A DNA stretch of 64,000 bases, from the NCBI GenBank assembly GCA_963766645.1, contig CAVYAY010000003.1, positions 416,554 to 480,553 on the forward strand, written 5' to 3'. The DNA comes from an uncultured Chloroflexia bacterium (GTDB lineage Bacteria > Chloroflexota > Dehalococcoidia > DSTF01 > WHTK01). The notes below the pieces were generated by a model. That model was given only the letters and a program-made list of their open reading frames with translations. It had not been told where the DNA came from and ran no database searches. The position numbers were made by a program, and so were the translations under genes. Below, piece by piece: positions 57,981 to 64,000 of the stretch; within the stretch, counting starts at the first letter, position 1; every line of letters begins with the position of its first letter.

Positions 57981-58987
57981 CCACCAGACGCGAAGTTCCT
58001 CTTAACGCCGACACGATGGCCTGGGTCCACTCTGAGCTCATGGAGCTCAAGGCGCGCATGGGCGTCGTCCAGCAGGCCGCCGAGCAGAGCCGTAACCTCG
58101 CCACCGACGCCGCCGACACCTCACACCAGCTACGCACCGCCTTCGGCCAGTTCGACGGCATCCCGCCCGCCCTGCAGCACCTCCAGGACGACTTCCGCAC
58201 CATCCGCGAGCTGCTCGCTCGCGCCCAGGACGACATCCACTCGCTGCGCCAGAGCCGCGAAGAGATCGAGCGCCAGGACGCGCTCGACTCCGAGCGTTTA
58301 CGCCAGGAGCGCAACGACATCGGCCGCCACTTCACCGACATCGAGCGCCACATCGAGCACTGGCAAGAGCGCCTCGTCGGCGCCGAAGAGCACAACCGCC
58401 GCACCCTCGAGATGCAGTCCCAGCTCGCCATGCGCCTCGAAACCCTCGAGACCATCCTCAGCGAGTCCGATTCCGCCCAGTCTCGCGCCAGCTCAACCCT
58501 CAGCCGCATCGACCAGGAGCTGCAGCGCATCTCCAGCGCCCTGCTGCAGGTCCAGAGCGAAGACAACACCCAGCGCGAGCGCATCAACAGCAACGTTGAA
58601 ATGCTGCGCCGGCTCGAAAACGACATCGACGCCCTGCGCAGCGAGACCAACAAGATCAGCCGCATCGACGACCGCCTCGAGCTCGTCCAGGCAGAGCGCA
58701 CGCGTCACAACGAGCGCCTCAACGACATCGCCGAAGAGCTCTCGCACGTCGACGACCGCCTCAACCAGGGCGACGAACGCGCCTCACTCCTCGAAGCCCG
58801 CATCAACTCCTTCCAGGACGAGCTGACCCGGGTGCGCCAGGGCCTCGAGCACGAACACGAAAACCTCGCCAACTATCTCGGCGGGTTGCGCGAGCTCGAA
58901 GCCGATATCCGCAAACGCCAGATCGTCGCTCTCGAGAAAGAAATTCGGGACATACGCGGCCGTGCCTTCGACACTGCCCAGGAGTAG
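57977..58987 (+). CDS. 336-aa coiled-coil protein of unknown function embedded between hom and thrC
   Basis: Intact ORF whose GTG overlaps the hom TGA (GTGA). The sequence is almost entirely heptad-like E/R/L/Q/D (…RIDQELQRISSALLQVQSEDNTQRERIN…RIDDRLELVQAERTRHNERLNDIAEEL…). Confidence 0.7.
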   Translation: MTTRREVPLNADTMAWVHSELMELKARMGVVQQAAEQSRNLATDAADTSHQLRTAFGQFDGIPPALQHLQDDFRTIRELLARAQDDIHSLRQSREEIERQDALDSERLRQERNDIGRHFTDIERHIEHWQERLVGAEEHNRRTLEMQSQLAMRLETLETILSESDSAQSRASSTLSRIDQELQRISSALLQVQSEDNTQRERINSNVEMLRRLENDIDALRSETNKISRIDDRLELVQAERTRHNERLNDIAEELSHVDDRLNQGDERASLLEARINSFQDELTRVRQGLEHEHENLANYLGGLRELEADIRKRQIVALEKEIRDIRGRAFDTAQE

Positions 58988-60040
58988 CGGCCGCCGTGGC
59001 GTGCTCGAGCGCTACGCCGACTTCCTGCCGCTGACTTCGGCCACGCCGCGCATTGACCTCGGCGAAGGCAGCACGCCGCTCGTGCGCTCCTCCCACATCG
59101 GCCCCTCGATCGGCATCGACAACCTCTACTTCAAGCTCGAGAGCAGCAACCCCACCGGCTCCTTCAAGGACCGCGGCATGGTGCTCGCCGTCGCCAAGGC
59201 CATGGAGGAAGGCGCCAAAGCCGTCCTCTGCGCCTCCACCGGCAACACCAGCGCCTCCGCCGCCGCCTACGCCGCGCACTGCGGCCTGGCCGCCTACGTC
59301 TTCCTGCCCAAGGGCGGCGCCGCCATCGGTAAGCTTGCCCAGAGCATCGCCTACGGCGCCCAGGTCGTCGCCATCCAGGGCACTTTCGACGACGCCCTCC
59401 GCCTCGCGCGCGAGTTCACCAGCCAGCCACCCCGTCGCGCTGGTCAACTCCGTCAACGCCTACCGCATCCAGGGCCAGAAGACGGCCGCCTTCGAGATCG
59501 TCGACGCCCTCGGCGACGCGCCGGACAACCTCTTCATCCCCGTTGGCAACGCCGGCAACATCACCGCCTACTGGGCCGGCTTCAAGGAATACGCCGAGAA
59601 CAAGCTCTCGACGCGCCTGCCCGCGCATGATGGGCTTCCAGGCCGCCGGCGCCGCGCCCATCGTCCTCGACCACATCGTCGAGAACCCGGAGACCATCGC
59701 CAGCGCCATCCGCATCGGCAACCCTGCCTCCTGGAAGCTCGCCATCACCGCCCGCGACGAGTCCCACGGCGCCATCGACAGCGTCACCGACGACGAGATC
59801 ATGGAGCCTACAAACGCATGGCCCGCGAGGAAGGCATCTTCTGCGAACCCGCCTCCGCAGCCAGCGTCGCCGGTCTCCTCAAGGCTGCCGCTACCCAGCG
59901 ACCTCCGCGGCACCACTTGCGTCTGCGTCATCACCGGCGCCGGCCTCAAAGACCCCGACACCGCCCGCACCCTCGACTGGCACGAAATCGAGGTCCCGGC
60001 CCGTCTGGACGCCCTCGAAGCGGCGCTACCAATCGCCTAG
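58962..60040 (+). pseudogene. thrC: Threonine synthase, about four frameshifts as assembled (near 59430, 59625, 59805, 59895)
   Basis: ...RGVLERYADFLPL...[11 protein letters not shown]..., the PLP-lysine motif [11 protein letters not shown], ...[14 protein letters not shown]..., ...[13 protein letters not shown]..., ...[10 protein letters not shown]..., and ...[13 protein letters not shown]... lie in alternating frames. Start uncertain (GTG 58962 or 59001). Confidence 0.9.
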
Positions 60041-60182
60041 GCAGCAGGCATCGCGAAACGTGCTTCGTGGGGTCCGGGGTACCCCCGGTTCAACTATTCC
60101 AGTCCCGGCCCGTCTGGACGCCCTCGAAGCGGCGCTACCAATCGCCTAGCCAGCAGGCATCGCGAGAACGTGCTTCAGTGGG
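59993..60182 (+). repeat. Tandem ~79-nt direct repeat (period 109 nt) duplicating the thrC 3' end and stop codon, separated by the R4 palindrome module
   Basis: gtcccggcccgtctggacgccctcgaagcggcgctaccaatcgcctag(g/c)cagcaggcatcgcga(-/g)aacgtgcttc occurs at 59993 and again at 60102. Confidence 0.85.
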
Positions 60183-60349
60183 CTCCGAATCCATGCCCGG
60201 CTTCAAAATCTGCTGGGTCTCGTCGCGAAGACCTCCGCGATTACAGTAGCTTGAAGCCCAAACCCTTTGCACAGTAAGATTTACACCGTCGGGTCACGCC
60301 TAAAGGCCCTGCATCAACAGAATCGATATCGCACCTAGAGGACACCATT

Positions 60350-61337
60350 TTGCAGGGAGCCGCCCCCGGCGCCGACCTCTCCAGGCTGGATTCCCGCCTC
60401 GAGGATCTGCTCAGCCGCCAAACTGAACGCCTCACCTTCCTCCACCCCTCCTGGCTCCGCACCTGGCTCTCCGAGTTCGGCGCAAACTGCGAGCCCCTCG
60501 TGCTGACATGCGGCGACGGCAACCTCGTCGGCCTCGCTCCACTCATGCGCGCCGACGACCGCCTCACCTTCATCGGCGACGCCTCGATCTGCGACTTCAT
60601 GGACATCATCGTCGACCCCGCCAACGCCGACGCCGCCTACGACGATCTCTGGCAGCCAGCTCAGCGCCCAGGACTGGAGCGAGATCGACCTCTGGGGCCT
60701 GATGGAGTCCTCTCCAACCCGCAGCGTGTCAAGGACTACGCCGCCCAGAACGGCTACACCGTCGAAGAAGATCCCCGAGGCCGTCTCCCCGCGCCTCGAC
60801 CTGCCCGCCACATGGGAGGACTACCTCGCCTCACTCGGCAAGAAGGACCGTCACGAGCTGCGGCGCAAGATCCGCCGCCTCTACGAGAGCGGCGCCAGCG
60901 TCGAATTCGACGTCCTATCAGCACGCAGGAGGAGGTCGTCGCCGCCATGGACGATTTCCTCGACGCTTCACACTCAGAGCCGCCAGGACAAGACCGACTT
61001 CATGACCCCGGAGATGGAGTCATTCTTCCGCCGCATGGCCTCCGCGCTCGCCGCCGATGGCCTCGTCAAGCTCTTCATGCTCCGGATCAACGGCAAGCCC
61101 GCGGCCACCGTCCTCTGTTTCGACGCCGGCAGCTACCTCTACCTCTACAACTCCGGCTACGACCCGGAGTTTTCTGGTCTGTCGGTCGGCCTCGTCTCCA
61201 AAGCCCTCGTCCTGCAATGGGCCATCGAAAACGGCATGACAGGCCTCGACTTCCTCCGCGGCGACGAACCTTACAAGTACGACCTCGGCGCCAAGGACCA
61301 GCAGATCTACACCCTCCGCCTCACCCGGAACTCATGA
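60350..61337 (+). pseudogene. CelD/BioF2-like (FemAB-fold, Acetyltransf_6-type) GNAT acyltransferase, several frameshifts as assembled
   Basis: The pieces read: ...FLHPSWLRTWLSEFG...LVGLAPLM..., ...LPATWEDYLASLGKKDRHELRRKIRRL..., and ...LRINGKPAATVLCFDAGSYLYLYNSGYDPEFSGLSVGLV...GLDFLRGDEPYKYDLGA... Confidence 0.65.
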
Positions 61338-61367
61338 CACACGGCGCGATCTCGACCAAAGCCAGCA

Positions 61368-61505
61368 GGGGTAGCGGGGGCGCAGCCCATGCGCGGGGTG
61401 CCCGAGGGGTGTCCCCTCGGCATGATGGGTTTCTAAAAGGGCGAAGCGCACAAGCCCGACCGATAGGAAGGGCGCAGGTCGCGAAGCTCAACGCCTCGAC
61501 GAAGT
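61368..61505 (+). repeat. R1 interspersed element, full copy D
   Basis: ggggtagcgggggcgcagcccatgcgcggggtgcccgaggggtgtcccctcgg...ttctaaaagggcgaagcgcacaagcccgaccgataggaagggcgcaggtcgcgaagctcaacgcctcgacgaag. Confidence 0.8.
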
Positions 61506-61535
61506 GGACCAGACCACCGTCAGGTTGGCAAACAG

Positions 61536-62811
61536 ATGACTAACCCACGGCGCGCTGACCTCCACGAAAGCCGTCCGACCCCCACGCTACGCGTCGCCGT
61601 GATCAGCGCCCACACCTCCCCCCTTGCACGCCCAGGCGGCGCTAAGTCCGGCGGCCTCAACGTCTACGTCCTCGAGCTCGCTCGCCAGCTCGCCACCCTC
61701 GGCTGCGCTGGTCGACATCTTCACCCGCGCCACCGCCCCCGGTCAGTCCGAAGTCACGCAGATCGGGCCTAACCTGCGCGCCATCGCCCTCACGGCTGGC
61801 CCTGCGGAGCTACTCTCCCCGGACGACCACTACAGCCACCTCGACGCCTTTTACGAGGCGCTTCTAGCCTTCACACGCAAAGATGGCGGCACCTACGACC
61901 TGGTGCACAGTCACTACTGGCTCTCCGGCCTCATCGGCGCCCGCCTCAAGGCGCTCTGGAACGTCCCCCACGTGGTCATGTTCCATACCCTCGGCGAGAT
62001 CAAGAACCGCGCCAGCTACGGCGAGCACGAGTCCGGCCTTCGCATCGAATCGGAAGCCGCCGTCCTCGCAGGCGCCGACCGCGTCATCTGCGCCACCGAG
62101 CTCGAACGCGACTCGCTGCGCCAGCTCTACGGCGCCCCCGACGACAAGGTCGCCGTCATCCCTCTCGGCGTCGACCTCGATCGCTTCCGGCCGGGCGGTA
62201 AGCAGGACGCCCGCAGCGCCCTCGGCCTCAAAGACGAGCGCATCATCCTCTTCGTGGGCCGCATCGAGCCGCTCAAAGGCATCGACATCCTGATCAACGC
62301 CGCCTCGCTCCTCGAGAGCGACGTCGAATGCACGGTTCTCGTCGTCGGCGGCGACGACGCATCGCAGGCCGAAGTCACCGAGCTGCGCGACCTCGCCCGC
62401 GATCGCGGCATCGAGCATCGCGTTGCCTTCGTCGGCGCGGTCGACCACGAAACGCTGCCGCTCTACTACAACGCCGCCGACGTTTGCGTCGTCCCCTCGC
62501 ACTATGAGAGCTTCGGCCTCGTCGCCATCGAAGCCATGGCCAGCGGCGTCCCCGTCGTCGCCTCCCGAGTCGGCGGCCTCACTGGCACCGTCAAAGATGG
62601 CGAGACCGGCTACCTCGTCCCCTGGCTCTGCCCCGAACCCTTCGCCGAACGCATCGAGCTGCTCCTCGAAAACGAGCCCCTGCGCAACAACCTCGGCGAA
62701 GCCGGCCGCGAAGCCATGTCCCGTTACCGCTGGGAAAACGTCGCCACCGCCGTCCTCGATCTCTACCGGGACCTCCTCAACCACCCCGAAAACGTAGCGA
62801 CCACCCCGTAG
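61536..62811 (+). CDS. GT4-family glycosyltransferase, MshA-like (D-inositol-3-phosphate glycosyltransferase-like), one frameshift near 61705
   Basis: [34 protein letters not shown]..., then in the next frame VDIFTRAT...HSHYWLSG...[21 protein letters not shown]. Confidence 0.8.
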
Positions 62812-62847
62812 CGACAGCTGCCACACATCTCACTTCAAATGCCGCCC

Positions 62848-62874
62848 AGCTGCAGGTTTCAATCTGCAGAGTCC
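62848..62874 (+). repeat. R2 hairpin repeat copy
   Basis: agctgcaggtttcaatctgcagagtcc. Confidence 0.6.
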
Positions 62875-62959
62875 GTGATCTCACTCCAACACCGTCTCCA
62901 CCCATCGAACCTCACACAAAACCTGCGCTAAACTCGATCACACTCACGCACACTACTCG

Positions 62960-63985
62960 ATGGAGCGCGCCATGTCTTTCCTCTCATCTTTCTTTCGTCG
63001 CAGCGCCCCGTCCTTCGGCGGCGGCTACGACGGCGACGTCAAGGGCCTACCTCCCCTTGGCCACGACGGCCCCAAGACGCTCATGGCCATCATGGCCCAC
63101 CCCGACGACATCGACTTCGGCTCTGCCGGGTCGGTCGCCAAGTGGTGCGCCGAGGGCTGGACCGTCTACTACGTCCTTGCCACCAGCGGCGACAAAGGCA
63201 CCCACGACCCCGCATTCACGCCCCAGGAGCTCGCCGCCACCCGCGAAGAAGAGCAGCGCGAAGCCGCCCGTGCCCTCGGCGTCAAGGAGGTCTTCTTCCT
63301 CGGCTACCCCGACGGCTTTCTCGAACCCACCCACGAGCTCCGCGAGCAGCTCGTTCGTCTCTTCCGAGTCTATAAACCAGACGTCGTCCTCACCTGGGAT
63401 GGCTTTCGCCCCAGCTTCAACCACCCGGACCACCGCAAGATCGGTATCGCCGTACGCGACGCCCTTTTCCCCGCCACCCGCGACCGCCTCTACTTCCCAC
63501 ATCACGCCGAAGAAGGCCTCGGCGAATGGCGTGTCAACGAGATCCTTCTCGTCGGCTCCCCCGACCCTAACTACTTCGTCGATGTCAGCCCCTTCATCGA
63601 ACAGAAGGCGGACGCTATCCTTGCTCATGCGAGCCAGGTTCAATCCCACGATCGCGATGAGCTGATTCAGCAAATGCGCGCCCGTGGCAGGCGACCCGGC
63701 GGCCGCGGACTCGTCGAGAGCTTCAAACGCGTCCACATGCGCAGCTCCCAGCGAGCCCAGGCCGCCGAAGAAGCTCAAAAGCAAGACGGCGCCGCCGCAA
63801 CCGAAGACGGCCCCATCAGGAGAAGCCAATGCGCCCGAGCGCACACCCGAACCCGCCGAATCCCGTCACTAACCACAACCGCCTTATCCCACCCTCGGGA
63901 GAGAGATGGACACGGAACAGCGAAGGAGATGTCTAGCCATGCAAAACCTCTCCTACTTCGCATTCCTCTCCGGCTTCATCTTTAG
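62960..63985 (+). CDS. PIG-L / LmbE-family N-acetylglucosaminyl deacetylase (MshB/BshB-like); 3' end uncertain
   Basis: ...IMAHPDDIDFGSAGS... and ...HPDHRKIG... zinc motifs. Beyond about 63740 the ORF looks non-native and overlaps the next gene start. The true stop may be 63934-63936 or 63870-63872 after a frameshift. Confidence 0.75.
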   Translation: MERAMSFLSSFFRRSAPSFGGGYDGDVKGLPPLGHDGPKTLMAIMAHPDDIDFGSAGSVAKWCAEGWTVYYVLATSGDKGTHDPAFTPQELAATREEEQREAARALGVKEVFFLGYPDGFLEPTHELREQLVRLFRVYKPDVVLTWDGFRPSFNHPDHRKIGIAVRDALFPATRDRLYFPHHAEEGLGEWRVNEILLVGSPDPNYFVDVSPFIEQKADAILAHASQVQSHDRDELIQQMRARGRRPGGRGLVESFKRVHMRSSQRAQAAEEAQKQDGAAATEDGPIRRSQCARAHTRTRRIPSLTTTALSHPRERDGHGTAKEMSSHAKPLLLRIPLRLHL

Positions 63986-64000
63986 CTGCGTCGCCTCGGC
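63939..64000 (+). CDS. Start of a membrane protein gene running off the window
   Basis: GAAGGAGA lies 9 nt upstream of ATG 63939. The translation MQNLSYFAFLSGFIFSCVAS... is hydrophobic. Confidence 0.4.
   Translation, partial: MQNLSYFAFLSGFIFSCVAS

Noticed and set aside
57958-58701. 247-aa minus-strand ORF rich in Ser/Arg/Trp/Met opposite the coiled-coil gene
   Set aside because: It is the mirror image of GAG/CGC/CTC/CAG-rich coiled-coil codons and has an implausible composition. The plus-strand ORF has operon-consistent coupling to hom and thrC.

Overview
High-G+C bacterial chromosomal window. By hand count there are 69 G+C in the 100 nt at 28081-28180. It carries roughly 60 protein genes. 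I found no rRNA, tRNA, CRISPR array, integrase or transposase. I cannot assign a taxon from sequence alone.

Layout: 1-44 kb is accessory catabolism and transport. It holds a hydantoinase A/B pair, ICL/PEP-mutase, FAH, cupin, an OsmC-like protein, an ACMSD-type amidohydrolase and an IlvD/Edd dehydratase. It also holds four MFS transporters, two stand-alone MetE-like proteins, MaoC, an ACAD-like flavoprotein, Zn-ADH, two LLM oxidoreductases, alpha/beta hydrolases, an LVIVD propeller, gentisate dioxygenase, Ddl plus a membrane-anchored MurF-like ligase, a PEP-utilising enzyme and Fur-MFS-CorA. 44-64 kb is housekeeping: leuS, coaD, rsmD, HtrA, rpsF-ssb-rpsR, a parvulin PPIase, hom, thrC, an MshA-like GT4 and a PIG-L deacetylase.

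Main observations:
1. An OsmC-like gene has an in-frame TGA exactly at the peroxidatic-Cys position, followed by an fdhF-like SECIS hairpin. This is a candidate selenoprotein.
2. Nearly every sizeable intergenic gap holds short interspersed hairpin repeats of at least four families. All copies point the same way on the + strand, and one hairpin shows a compensatory base change.
3. A roughly 50% G+C islet flanked by these repeats carries Rhs/YD-repeat remnants and a possible orphan toxin/immunity pair.
4. Ddl sits next to a MurF-like ligase whose UDP-binding N-domain is replaced by a polytopic membrane domain.
5. An intact 336-aa coiled-coil gene is translationally coupled between hom and thrC.
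6. Many genes, including essential ones, are broken by single-base insertions, most densely in 44-62 kb. I read these as consensus errors, and they limit several calls.
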